Positions 28,905 to 38,852 of a stretch of DNA of 64,000 nt are shown piece after piece. Source of the DNA: Octopus sinensis (taxonomy: Eukaryota). The translations under genes and the position numbers were made by a program. Location: NCBI RefSeq assembly GCF_006345805.1, contig NC_043015.1, positions 12,462,001-12,526,000 of the forward strand, given 5' to 3'. Each line of letters begins with the position of its first letter. The stretch's first letter is position 1. Under the pieces are notes generated by a model that was not told the origin of the DNA, ran no database searches, and saw only the letters and a program-made list of their open reading frames with translations.

Positions 28905-31900
28905 ATAGCATAAATAATATATATATATATAATAGCATAAATAATATATATATATATATAATAGCATAAATAATATATATATATATATATAAGAGCATAA
29001 ATAATATATAAATATTTACATATATACATATATGTACAAACCTACATATATACATGCATATATACACTTGTTTGTTTTCTACACCATCTGTCTTCGTCTT
29101 TTTGTTTTTTTCGGGAATTCTCCCTATATACATGCATATATGGGTACAGGACATCAAAAAAACGTTGAACACAATGAGAAATAAAAACAAAAAAAAACAA
29201 ACGAACATTTTTTCAAACAACAAAAAAAAAAGAGAGAAACGAGACATACAACAAAAAGAATATTCCCCTTCTTCAGTTGTCCCTGTTTCATCTACTCTGC
29301 ATTTCGAAGGTAAGGACAAGACGTGACTTCATTGAAATAGTCCTTCCCGCAAAGCAAATTAAATAAAATTTGGGATTTTTTGCAGAGGGGGAAAGTGGTA
29401 ACAAGAACAGTACTGTGAGAACAAAACAGTAAAAACAATAAAACAGTAAAAGTCAGAACAGTGAGAAAAAAACAGTAAGAACAAACAATGAGGGCTGTTA
29501 AGCCAAGACGATAGAAAAATTCTTCTGAATGCTTAAGGAGAAAGCTTATGAAGAGACAGGATAAGCTGGTCTGGTCTTTGTGAAGATAGTAGTCAGAAAG
29601 ATGGATTCCCTCTCATCACATGTCAACGACAAGAGAGTCGAGGAGGAGGAGTGAGAGCGGGAATGGTGAAGGGGAGAGGAGAAGAATAGGGAAGGGTGAG
29701 AGAGAAAACCAGAAAGTATGAAGAACGAGAGAGGGGGAGAGATATACAGAGAAGAGATAGTAAAGGAGAAGAGTGCGCATCATAATTATTAAGATAAAAC
29801 TTACTTCGAAAAGGATGTGTAGCATTCGATCATCTCTTATAAAAGGCAGATTTTATCTGCCTCCCTTTGGGAGTTATAGAAATCTACAATATAGGATTTC
29901 TTCAATTACAATTTACCTAGCATTTTTAAGAGTACAATGCATCGCGTCATGCCAGGTCCAGTTTTTAAAATTTAAACTCCAATTAAGCAAAATTTACAGA
30001 AAACTCACATTCTGGTGTGTGTGTCAAATGCTTTTCTTAGTCTGGTTTACACCACACGCAAACGCACACACACAGTGGGCAACGAATAAAATGAAAGTAA
30101 TTCACTTACTGTAGTGAGTGATTCTTTCACTCTGCCTCCCACTTCCTCTTTCCACACATAGACACGCAAATATATAAATAAAATTGTAAGCTAACGTGCG
30201 TGTGTGTGAGTGTGTGTGTGTGTGTGTGTGTGAGGGTGCGTGTGTATGTGTGTGCGTGAGTGTGTGACAGGAAAGTTTTTTACGACGAATATAAGACCTA
30301 TATCCAAGTAGCAGAAAGATAAGACAGTAAGGTGTGATTTGAGGGAGATTTGGCTGCTATTTCTACCATGTCTAGCTGCCATGTAGGGGTCTCCCTCATA
30401 GGCTCATACATACATATATACATAGATAAGACAGTAAGGTGTGATTTGGGGGAAATTTGGCTGCTATTTCTACCAGGTCTAGCTACCATGTAGAGGTCCC
30501 CCTCATTGGCTCATATATATATACATACATAAGACAGTAAGGTGTGATTTGAGGGAGATTTGGTTGCTGTTTCTACCAGGTCTGTTAGGCCTTCTCATGT
30601 AAACTCAAGCTTTCTCATGCCTTGAACATAAGACCAAAGCAGAGAATGTATTCTTTTATTCTTCTGCTTTTTCCAGCCATTGGTCTGTGGCTATGCTGGG
30701 GAAATGCCTTGAAGAATTGTAGTTTAATGAATCAACTCCAGTTTTATTTTTGTAAGCATTGTACTTATTCTATCTGTTTCCTTTGTCAAACCACTAGGTG
30801 ACAGGGATGTAAACAAACCAACATTCGTTGTCAAGCAGTGGTGGAGGACAATCACAAGCACAGACACGCACACACACACACATACATGCATACACATATA
30901 CACACATACATACATACATACATATATATATATGTGTGTATATATATATTGCAGCGTGGAAGGTGTTTGTAAGCCATTTAAGAAACACACAAAAACCGTT
31001 ACATTCACTTCAACATTTAAATTTAATTTGCCAAAATATTTTCGTCGCTTTGAGACCGCGACCTGTTCACTGACAAAAATATCGTGCTAACAGGTCGCGG
31101 TCTCAAAGCGACGAAAATATTTTGACAAATTAAATTTAAATGTTGAAGTGAATCTAACGGTTTTTGTGTGTTTCTTAAATGGCTTATAAACACCTTCAAC
31201 GCTGCAACTGTTTTCGTTCCAGCACACGATCTCAGATCAAGTCACTTGCTATGCAAGTACATCTCTGTAACTATATATATATTTATATATATATATATAT
31301 ATGTATATTGGTAAAAACAGTAAGATAACAAAAGAAAGAAAGAGACCTCAATATTATGTAAATAGAGGAAATCTTTATATATAAAAGTGAGGTTGTGTGT
31401 CTGTCTCCTACGATTTAGATTCCTACTCCCACATTTTGCGGTGCAGTTTAACCAAAACCGGGTATCTTATAGTCGTGATTCATATCGAGACCGTCTGGGT
31501 ATTAGCGCGCGTCTACGATGAGTCTACGATTTAAAAAAAAATTTACCATCAATTTTTCCCATTTTTAATCCATTTTTGACATATATAAGGGAAGTAACTC
31601 TCTAAAATTTATTATTAAATCTCAGAACGTAAAAAGCTACAGTAACACCCCTCCCCCTTTGTGGTTAGCCATATTGAGATGGCTATTATACTTTACATCT
31701 CTAAAAATGCTTATATAATTATTTCCCTTACAAACCCGAGCAACGCCGGGCGATACTGCTAGTATAATAATATAAGTAATATATAAATATATGCATGTAT
31801 ATATACATACATATATATGTATATATACATGTATATATGGGTACAGGACATCGAAAAAACGTTGAACACAATGAGAAACGAAAACAGTACTTTAAAAAAT

Positions 31901-34900
31901 AATTACTAGGGTTGATTTGTTCAACTAAAATTCTTCATGGCATTGCCCCAGCATGGCTGCAGTCTAATGATTAAAACAACTGTAAAGGTAAAAAGAAAAA
32001 GATAAAAAGATCCTACTTGTTTATAAAAACTACAATTTAAAGTCAAAATCAATTTATTATAAACTAGCAGTATCGCCCGGCATTGCTCAGGTTTGTAAGG
32101 GAAATAACTATACTTTTACTTGTTTCAGTCATTTGACTGCGGCCATGCTGGAGCACCGCCTTTAGTCGAGCAAATCGACCCCAGGACTTATTCTTTGTAA
32201 GCCCAGTACTTATTCTATCAGTCTCCTTTTGCCGAACTGCTAAGTGACGGGGACGTAAACACACCAGCATCGGTTGTCAAGCAATGCTAGAGGGACAAAC
32301 ACAGACACACAAACACACACACACAAACACACACACATACACATATATATATATATACATACATACGACAGGCTTCTTTCAGTTTCCGTCTACCAAATCC
32401 ACTCACAAGGCTTTGGTCGACCCGAGGCTATAGTAGAAGACATTTGCCCAAGATGCCACGCAGTGGGACTGAACCCGGAACCATATAAGCATTTTTAGAG
32501 AGTTATAGCCAAAAAATAGCAAAAAAATGCATTAAAAATGGAAACAAATGGGTAAATTTTTTTTTAAATCGTTGACTCATTGTAGACATTTTTAGAGTTA
32601 CTTCCCTTATATAATAGCGAAAAAATGCATTAAAATGGGAAAAAATGATGGTAAATTTTTTTTTTAATTGTAGACTCATCGTAGACGCGCGCTAATACCC
32701 AGAAGGGCTCGATATGAATCACCGCAAAATGTGGGAGTAGTTAGGAATCTAAATCGTAGGAGACAGACACACAACTTGACTTTTATATATAAAGATTTTA
32801 TGCCGACTTTGGTTTCTTTGTTTTGTTTTTATATTTTGTGATTCTCTTTTTTATACTTGTTTAGATTGAGGAGCTAAAACCAGGTGGCAAAGACATTCAA
32901 GTAACTAATTATAATCGGATTGAGTATATCCATTTAATGGCAGATTATAAATTAAATAAGCAGGTCTGTAGATTTTGTTTCATTATCAATTTTATTTTTT
33001 ATTTTTCAAATTATTAAAAGACTCAAATTTTTTGTGTCTATAACAATTTTCACTTCAATTTCAAAATGTCATGAACTTTTTTTTTTTTAGATTCGACCTC
33101 ATTGCCATGCTTTCCGATTAGGTCTTGCTAATGTAATCAATCTGGAATGGCTGCGTATGTTTGATGAACATGAACTGCAAGAACTGATATCTGGAGCCAA
33201 CACACCTGTGAATCTCGAAGACTTAAAACAACACACTAATTATTCAGGTTAGTTTCTTAATTATGTTCTTTCACTCTTTGATACTGCTTTCATTGTTGAA
33301 AGTGCACATACATTAACTACTGCTGTCTTGATTTATCTTGGTTAATAAGAAGAATCTCCATCAATTTCAAATTTTGGCACAAGGCCAGCAGTTTTTTGTG
33401 GGAGAGGATAAGTCAATTACATTGCCCCAGTACTCAACTGGTACTTATTTTATCAACCCCAAATGGTTGAGAGGCAAAGTCAGCCTCACAGAATTTGACC
33501 ACAAAATACAGACAGATGAAATGTCAGTAAACATTTCACCTGGCATGCTAACAATTCTGCCAGCTAGCCACTTAAAAAAAATATCTATATTAAAGTGTAT
33601 TATCCCAGTGCACATGTCTAGTGTAGGATTTTATATATGTATATATATACATATATCAAGATTAATCAGCCGAAATTGCGAGGATGATCCAGTTCTTGAC
33701 TGAAGATTAGAGGCTTCGAATGACCCGTCCGTTTTTTTGTGTTGTCTATTTGAATGTTTTGCGTTCTTGTCCCATTTTGTATTTTTTTATATATATATAT
33801 ATATATATTGATGTGTAAAGGTAAGATCCAAGGATCAAGGTGTAGGAACTTATTGAACTTCTAGCAATCCATAGAAGATATAAAAAACAACTTTCAGGAA
33901 AAATAGTGCTTTATTGGTACAGAAGGTTGTGAATTTTTCCCCATATTGACATTTGATAAGTTGAAAAAAGTTAATTTTATAGTTCACACATCAACCCCAG
34001 TTCCACAACCATAGGATGAATTTGATCACATAAAATCCTTAAATAGTCTTGACTGTTAATTCTGCCATGAAGGGAAACCACTGGGCCAGCAGATTTCCAA
34101 GATATAGCCCCTCAGATCATCACAGTTCCTCCTCCATGTCTAACAGTTGGAAGAAGGCAGTCTGGGTCAAATACTTTTAGCCGTCTCCACACATATACTT
34201 GGCCGGTGGTTGGAAATAAGGTAAAGGATGGCTCGTCCAAGAAAATAACATTCTTCCACTGCTCTAGGGACCAATTCTGTTGGTTTTTACTCCACTCTAA
34301 ATGCTTTGCAACGTTTGTTTTTGAATGTAGTGGTTTTCTGATTGCAGCCTTCCCGTGAAATCTGACTTTGTACAGCTCCTGGCAAAAACTTTTTGTGGAA
34401 ACTGGGTTCTCAAGGTGGTCATTAAGCTCTGCAGTAATTTTGGGAGCTGTACTTTTGTGATCCTTCCTTACAATTCACATAAGAGTTCGACAGTCCTTAT
34501 CTGAAAGCTTAGGTTTTCTTCTGGAGTTTTGTTTCAATGAGGAGGTTTTTCCCTCTTTCTCAAAGGCTGTCATTACTTTCAAGACACTACTTCTTGATAC
34601 ACCAAACATTTCAGCTTTTTTACATTATGCTAGCGCCTGCCATACAAGCACCAACAATTTGACCTCTTTGAAAGTCCAATAGATCTGTCATTTTAATGAA
34701 TTTTGATTATCTTTTTATTATGATATCAGAAAAGAAACAGTAATTTTAGCAAAACATATTAAGCATCACTAATAATAAATCAAACAACATAAAAGTATAC
34801 AAGCTTTTGACAGTTTTATAGATATTTCAAAATTATGAAGCTATGATGCTAGGTGTTTCCATTATTTTGTCCAACCCCTGTGTACACCCGTCTAACACCC

Positions 34901-37900
34901 GTGGACATATTTACAAAGTCAGAAAACAGCACAGCTCCCATGACTTTAGGTAACATTTTTTTCACGCTGAGAGTTGCTGAAGCATGGAACAAACTGCCGG
35001 CATCAGTTGTTAGTTGTCGGAGCACTGCATCCTTCAAAACTTCCATGCTTTCTGAGATTCGCCAACACTACACCTGATTTTCTCCCCTCCATACACACAC
35101 CAGCATGTATCTGACTCATACATTATTCGCTTTCCAGACATTTGTACATTACTGCATATACTTTATACGCACTGTCTGACAAGTTGTGGTGCACCTGAGC
35201 ACTGTATACAATAATTTCATTATTATTATTATTGTATATATATATACACACACACACACAGTTAGGCACATAAGTGCAAACAATGTGGAAAAAATTGTAC
35301 TCAAATACCAAAGGTAGTGTAATATATTTTATTATAAAAGTCACAAAAATTCACAGAACTGTTACGCGGAGTTTCACATTCTCATTCATGAGGTAGTTGT
35401 GATGAATACTGTCTAACAAACGGGAACATGAAACTCGGAGTAACAGTTCTGTGACTATTTTGCAGCTTTTATAATAAAGTGTATATATATATTTAAAATA
35501 TTGGTTTCTTTCAGTTTCCATCTACCAAATCCATTCACAAGGCTTTGGTCAGCCTGAGGCTGTAGTAAAAATCCCCTTGAAGGCACCATGCAGTGGGATT
35601 GAACTTGGAACCATGTGGTTGGGAAGCAAGCTTCTTATCACACAGCTATGCCTGTGCCTATTCACCAAATATTTTCATATATTTTATATTTGCGACCCAA
35701 GGCCAACTATTTTGAGGGAAGGAGTTTTGTATCAACTTCAGTACTTGACTGGTACTTTATCTTAATGACCCTGTAGGGATAAAAAGCTAAGTTGACCTCT
35801 GTGGGATATTCTAAATATTAGTTTTATTTGTTGATATTTTCTAATTTTGCTGAAGTAATTGTTTACAATTATGTTACATATTTTTTGTTTATTCTAATAT
35901 AATATTTTTCTGTTGCAGGGGGCTTTACTGCTGAACATCCTGTGATAGAAATTTTTTGGAAAGTTGTCTATGAATTGACCGACCAACAACTAAGGCAGTT
36001 GTTAAAATTTGTAACTAGCTGTTCTCGGCCACCTCTGCTGGGTTTTAAGGTTAGTATTATTCTGAATTATTAATCTTGTAAAATAATTTTGTTATCACCT
36101 TTTACTCTTTTAACCTTTTAGCATTTAAACCAGCCATATCCAGCCTAAATATTCAACCAGCTATCTGTTCAAATGAACCAGATCTGGCCTCTCACACCTA
36201 TCCTACAATGTCATTCTAAAAATCTAGCAATCACATCAATCTAGCATTATCTCACATCTCAAAGCTGTGAGATAATGCATGATTAAATCAAAATAATATG
36301 AATAAATCAGAATTACATTTGACAGTAATCTGAATGCTAATGGATTAAATCAGTTATCCAATTCTGCATGTATTGAATGGATTTAACAACATTGGACATT
36401 TATATATTAGTGGAGCAACTGGATTCATTTGCTCAACTAAGAGGTAGGTATGAAACATATTAGCCAAATAGACTGTGGTATGCAGCTATCTTGTCTGGGA
36501 ACTTAATATGATGGCTCAGAGAGCTCTTTGCCTCTGCTGGCAACAAAGGTCCTCTCCCTCAGGGTAAAAGACAGAGTGTATGATGCCTGTGTGTTAACAG
36601 CTAAGCTACATGGCAATGAAACATGGCCTGTGATAGCCAATGACATAATTAGGCTTGAAAGAAATGAAGCCAGTATGCTTTGCTGGATGTGCAATGTCAG
36701 TGTGCATGTTCAACAGAGTGTAAGCATCTTCAGAGAAAACTTAGGTATAAGAGGCATCAGATGTAGTGTGCAAGAGAGATGAATGCACTGGCATGGTCAT
36801 GTGATGCATATGGACAAGGACAGCTGTGTATGTAAAGAAGTGCTGATCTCTAACTGTGGAGGGAACCTGTGGTAGAGGTAGACCCAGGAAGACATGGGAT
36901 GAGGTGAAGCATAATCTTCAAACTTTGGGCTCCATAGAGGCAATGACTAGTGACCGAGACCTTTGTCGATATGTTGTGCTTGAGAAGACCCGTCAAGCCA
37001 AGTGAAATCATACTCATGGCTGATGCTGGTGTCACATAACTAACACCTGCACTAGTGGCACATACAAAGCACCCATTACACTCTTGGGGTGGTTGGTGCT
37101 AGGAAGGGCATCCAGCAGTAGAAACCATGCCAAATCAGACGGGAGTCTGGTACAGCCTACCACCTTGCCAGCCCTGGTCAAACCGTCTAATCCATGCCAG
37201 CATGTACAACAGATGTTAAATGATGATGATGATGATGACCCACCAAAGTAAATTTGTTCATGTAGATCACACATCAAAGTAATACCTTTCTTTTTCTTAA
37301 GAAATTATGTGAATTTAATGCTGGTTTCTTGTAAAAATGCAATTGTCTTCTAGTTTCTTGTAAGAATTCAACTGCCTTCGTCTCATCGCTGATCACATTG
37401 TAAAAATCTTTAGCCAACAACTTACGGGTTTTTAGAAATTGTAAAATAAACTAAAAGGTAACCTAAAGTAATCTCCTTTGTAGATCACATTCCAAAGTAG
37501 CACCAAAGTTTGCTTCCCAACCACATGGTTCTGGGTTCAGTGTCTTCTACCATAGCCCCAGACTGACAAAAACCTTGTGAGAGAATTTGGAAGATAGAAA
37601 CTAAAAGAAGCACATTGTATGTGTGTATATATATATATGTATGTGTGTGTGTTTGTGCGCACGCACACACACACACACATATATAAGTTCAGCAAAATTT
37701 AGATACAGATGAATATGGTACTTAAGTTAAAGGCACCAGAATTGTGTATGGTATTATCCATATAAATCAAATGGGGTTATTATAATTAAAATAAGCAACA
37801 AGGATATCCAAGGTAGAGTAGTACAATTATTTCATGCTACTTCATTTTATTAAACACTGTAAGTATTACATCAGTTTTAAAATGTCGAGCAATCTTCAGC

Positions 37901-38852
37901 CACATATAGAATTTTCCAATTAAACGGACAATGCACATTCTTATCCCTATTTCATTTGCCAACAAAAGAGGGTAGATATATAAACAGAGAGGTTAATTTC
38001 ATTCTTAAGAACATAATAGTAGTATGTTCATTCTCTGTCTATATATATACCGGAGTAAATACATAAATGTGAAACAAGGTGGAAGAAAGAGTACTCAAAT
38101 ACCAGGGGTAGAGTAATATGCTTTATTTAAAAGCAGCAGAAAATTCAACAAAACCTGTAACTCTGAGTTTCACGTTCCCGTTCGTCGGACAGTTTTTGCT
38201 AAAATAGAACCGATATGCCAATTCTAGCGTTTATACTAGTCTTGATAGAATTGGCATATCAGTTCTATTTTAGCAAAAACTGTCCGACGAACGGGAAAGT
38301 GAAACTCAGAGTTACAGGTTTTGTTAAATTTTCTGCTGCTTTAAATAAAGTATATATATATATACATACACACACACATATGTGTGTGTTTTTGTGTCAC
38401 CTTGTCTTTACATCAGGTGATAGTAGTCAATGAGTGTCATTGTCACACAAGCAGTGTCATTCATTTTCAGTAATCCATGGAAATACCCCTACCCATGGGA
38501 GAAATATCCTGTTTGGAAACAGGTGGAGGGTCGTGTCAGGAAAGACATCAAGCCATAGAAATTCTGCCTCAATATACTGTTTCTGACCCATGGAAGCATG
38601 GAAAAGAGAATGTTAAAGTAGTGATGATGATGATGATAATGATATTTGTATAAAGATGTGCCATTATTTTTCTTTTTCTAGGATTTATATCCAGTCTTTT
38701 GTATCCATAATGCTGGTACTGAATTGGAGCGCCTACCCACTGCTAGTACATGTATGAACTTACTGAAGCTTCCCGAGTTCTACAATGAAGAGACAATGAG
38801 AAGTAAATTACTATATGCAATTGAATCAGCTACAGGATTTGAACTCAGTTAA
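2259..38852 (+). CDS. UBE3C: HECT-type E3 ubiquitin-protein ligase UBE3C (E3C) ortholog; 18 coding exons in window, 5' end outside window
   Basis: Manually spliced exons (2672 nt) keep one open frame with GT-AG junctions. The peptide follows UBE3C as recalled: [98 protein letters not shown], catalytic [14 protein letters not shown] and terminal GFELS*. Confidence 0.95.
2570..3017 (+). mobile_element. RTE-clade LINE 3' fragment
   Basis: Encodes ..[10 protein letters not shown].. followed by the family 3' UTR (ggcatccagc...catagaaaacagatgctaaatgatgatgat) with a (GAT)n tail. The same family recurs many times in the window. Confidence 0.75.
4496..4767 (+). CDS. UBE3C: UBE3C exon
   Basis: Junctions tttacag| and |gtaagt; encodes [20 protein letters not shown]...[15 protein letters not shown]. 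Confidence 0.9.
4887..5035 (+). CDS. UBE3C: UBE3C exon
   Basis: Junctions tttcag| and |gtgagt; acidic stretch [14 protein letters not shown] lies where UBE3C has its acidic linker. Confidence 0.9.
6414..6598 (+). CDS. UBE3C: UBE3C exon
   Basis: Junctions ttctcag| and |gtaact; encodes [11 protein letters not shown]...[20 protein letters not shown]. Confidence 0.9.
9618..9704 (+). CDS. UBE3C: UBE3C exon
   Basis: Junctions gtttcag| and |gtaagt; encodes [16 protein letters not shown]. Confidence 0.9.
10569..10800 (-). mobile_element. Young Deu/Nin-domain-type SINE with 14-bp TSD
   Basis: Carries the family core gtcgactttgcctttcatcctttcggggtcgataaattaagtacc on the - strand. Flanked by direct repeat ATAGAATGAATACC (10555-10568, 10801-10814). 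Confidence 0.8.
11315..11770 (+). mobile_element. Two tandem copies of the same SINE family
   Basis: The unit ggcagcgagctgacagaatc..gagttcaaattc..tttcatccttt..ccctccccaaaatttcaggc..gaaaggattattatt occurs twice. Confidence 0.75.
12656..12810 (+). CDS. UBE3C: UBE3C exon
   Basis: Junctions ttttcag| and |gtaata; encodes [11 protein letters not shown]...[18 protein letters not shown]. Confidence 0.92.
14837..15072 (+). CDS. UBE3C: UBE3C exon
   Basis: Junctions tttcag| and |gtaaga; encodes [31 protein letters not shown]...WRHLFK. Confidence 0.93.
16521..16930 (+). mobile_element. tRNA-derived SINE with internal (TA)n/(TG)n
   Basis: Head caggagtggctgtgtggtaag...gagttcagtccc (Pol III A/B boxes), cttgggcaagtg core, tail ..gactgaaacgagtaaaagag. 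Related copies at ~18024-18230, 20820-21220, 25654-26070 and 60618-61005 (+), and at 7945-8160, 19050-19335 and 32113-32482 (-). Confidence 0.8.
17319..17423 (+). CDS. UBE3C: UBE3C exon
   Basis: Junctions ttttcag| and |gtaaac; encodes [21 protein letters not shown]. Confidence 0.93.
19434..19503 (+). CDS. UBE3C: UBE3C exon (divergent linker)
   Basis: Long polypyrimidine tract, ttacag| and |gtaagt. The 70-nt length supplies the phase-0 to phase-1 bridge required between the flanking exons. Confidence 0.82.
19624..20010 (+). mobile_element. Young tRNA-derived SINE with 10-bp TSD
   Basis: tRNA-like head ggcgcaatggcccagtagttagggcagc...gtttcgattt with CpGs retained. Direct repeat ATACTCTATG at 19614-19623 and 20011-20020. 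Confidence 0.8.
20666..20763 (+). CDS. UBE3C: UBE3C exon
   Basis: Junctions tgtgcag| and |gtatgt; encodes [28 protein letters not shown]. Confidence 0.92.
22733..22874 (+). CDS. UBE3C: UBE3C exon (start of HECT region)
   Basis: Junctions tattag| and |gtagtt; encodes [22 protein letters not shown]. Confidence 0.93.
23254..23648 (-). mobile_element. 5'-truncated RTE/BovB-like LINE insertion with 12-bp TSD
   Basis: ORF reads [41 protein letters not shown] (RTE C-terminus), with an (AAG)n tail. TGTTATGAATGT is duplicated at 23242-23253 and 23649-23660. Confidence 0.85.
23839..24083 (+). CDS. UBE3C: UBE3C exon (HECT)
   Basis: Junctions aatcag| and |gtaagg; encodes [29 protein letters not shown]...[10 protein letters not shown]. 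Confidence 0.95.
25184..25308 (+). CDS. UBE3C: UBE3C exon (HECT)
   Basis: Junctions ttctag| and |gtaagt; encodes [21 protein letters not shown]...[11 protein letters not shown]. Confidence 0.95.
27640..27735. repeat. ~95-bp near-perfect palindrome embedded in (TA)n
   Basis: Left arm ataaataagggtatctgagagacaccaccatgccgaaatagca, a 9-nt loop, right arm tgctatttcggcatagtggtgtctctcaaatacccttatttat. Confidence 0.85.
28291..28340 (-). ncRNA. Minimal type I hammerhead ribozyme motif, G3-C8 variant (opposite strand)
   Basis: Reverse complement reads TTTGTCA GTGAACA G GTCGT-ggatttta-GCGAC GAAA ATAT TT TGACAAA; stem II is retained through a G-U pair. Confidence 0.72.
28380..28429 (+). ncRNA. Minimal type I hammerhead ribozyme motif, G3-C8 variant
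   Basis: TTTGTCA [GTGAACA] G GTCGC-ggatttta-GCGAC [GAAA] ATAT [TT] TGACAAA gives a 7-bp stem I, 5-bp stem II and palindromic tetraloop stem III. Confidence 0.75.
28680..28770 (+). CDS. UBE3C: UBE3C exon (HECT)
   Basis: Junctions ctcacag| and |gtattg; encodes [27 protein letters not shown]. Confidence 0.95.
30310..30585 (+). repeat. Three tandem ~105-110-bp repeats
   Basis: The unit ataagacagtaaggtgtgatttgagggagatttggctgctatttctacc.. occurs three times, separated by (TA/CA)n. Confidence 0.8.
30948..31270 (+). mobile_element. Palindromic hammerhead element family A, copy 2 (centre partly deleted)
   Basis: Same arms and tail as 28211-28569. The - strand ribozyme motif is intact at 31027-31077; the + strand copy lacks its stem I 5' strand and the start of the core. 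Confidence 0.8.
31372..31762 (+). mobile_element. Non-autonomous Helitron-like element
   Basis: Starts TC (a|tctttatatataaaag) and ends CTAG|t. GC-rich subterminal hairpin cccgagcaacgccggg. Inserted at A|T with no TSD. Confidence 0.8.
32064..32795 (-). mobile_element. Second copy of the Helitron-like element, inverted, interrupted by a SINE (32113-32482)
   Basis: Begins a|ctagcagtatcgcccgg and ends ttttatatataaaga|t, the reverse complement of 31372-31762. Confidence 0.8.
32865..32963 (+). CDS. UBE3C: UBE3C exon (HECT)
   Basis: Junctions gtttag| and |gtctgt; encodes [31 protein letters not shown]. Confidence 0.95.
33091..33247 (+). CDS. UBE3C: UBE3C exon (HECT)
   Basis: Junctions tttttag| and |gttagt; encodes [35 protein letters not shown]. 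Confidence 0.95.
34130..34883 (-). mobile_element. Degenerate Tc1-like transposon (5' TIR and transposase N-terminal part)
   Basis: TIR caggggttggacaaaataatggaaacacc at ~34852-34880(-). ATG at 34691 gives [15 protein letters not shown] (Tc1 HTH), and later [24 protein letters not shown] (first catalytic D region). Confidence 0.8.
34884..35233 (+). mobile_element. CR1-like LINE 3' fragment
   Basis: Encodes [18 protein letters not shown], with a 3' UTR and (TAT)n tail matching the 47115-50193 element. Confidence 0.85.
35260..35485 (-). mobile_element. Palindromic hammerhead element family B, decayed copy
   Basis: Inverted arms around 35330-35480 and a tail matching 38050-38115. The core has decayed to CTAACAA...GAAA ctcggag TA. 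Confidence 0.7.
35919..36049 (+). CDS. UBE3C: UBE3C exon (HECT C-lobe)
   Basis: Junctions gttgcag| and |gttagt; encodes [11 protein letters not shown]...[17 protein letters not shown]. Confidence 0.95.
36110..36348. mobile_element. TTAA-flanked MITE
   Basis: Ends read ttaa-ccttttagcatt ... aatgctaatgga-ttaa. A sibling lies at 40571-40798. Confidence 0.7.
36500..37240 (+). mobile_element. RTE-clade LINE 3' fragment
   Basis: Encodes [14 protein letters not shown]...GNETW...[16 protein letters not shown]...GRPRKTW, with a (GAT)n tail. Confidence 0.85.
37818..37903 (-). ncRNA. Degenerate hammerhead motif with long stem II loop
   Basis: On the - strand: GTGG CTGAAGA ttgct ..~50 nt.. agcat GAAA taattg TA CTAC. 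Confidence 0.55.
38050..38355 (-). mobile_element. Palindromic hammerhead element family B
   Basis: ~110-bp inverted arms (38118-38227 / 38245-38352), a one-sided tail (38050-38115) and (TA)n flanks. Hammerhead motifs at 38155-38192(-) and 38280-38317(+). Confidence 0.8.
38155..38192 (-). ncRNA. Minimal hammerhead ribozyme motif (U4C variant)
   Basis: On the - strand: CTGT [CCGACGA] ACG-GGAA-CGT [GAAA] CTCAGAG [TT] ACAG. Confidence 0.7.
38682..38852 (+). CDS. UBE3C: UBE3C terminal coding exon (catalytic Cys)
   Basis: Acceptor ttctag|; encodes [34 protein letters not shown]...GFELS, with TAA at 38850-38852. Confidence 0.96.
   Translation, partial: DLYPVFCIHNAGTELERLPTASTCMNLLKLPEFYNEETMRSKLLYAIESATGFELS

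Noticed and set aside
29240-29345. Permuted hammerhead (GAAA...CTGAAGA on - strand); similar arrangement at 33668-33725 (+)
   Set aside because: Core words are present, but stems I and II could not be paired convincingly by eye. Left unresolved.
30310-30585. Tandem repeats as a CRISPR-like array
   Set aside because: The context is eukaryotic, the units are ~110 bp and separated by microsatellite, and there are no unique spacers or cas genes.
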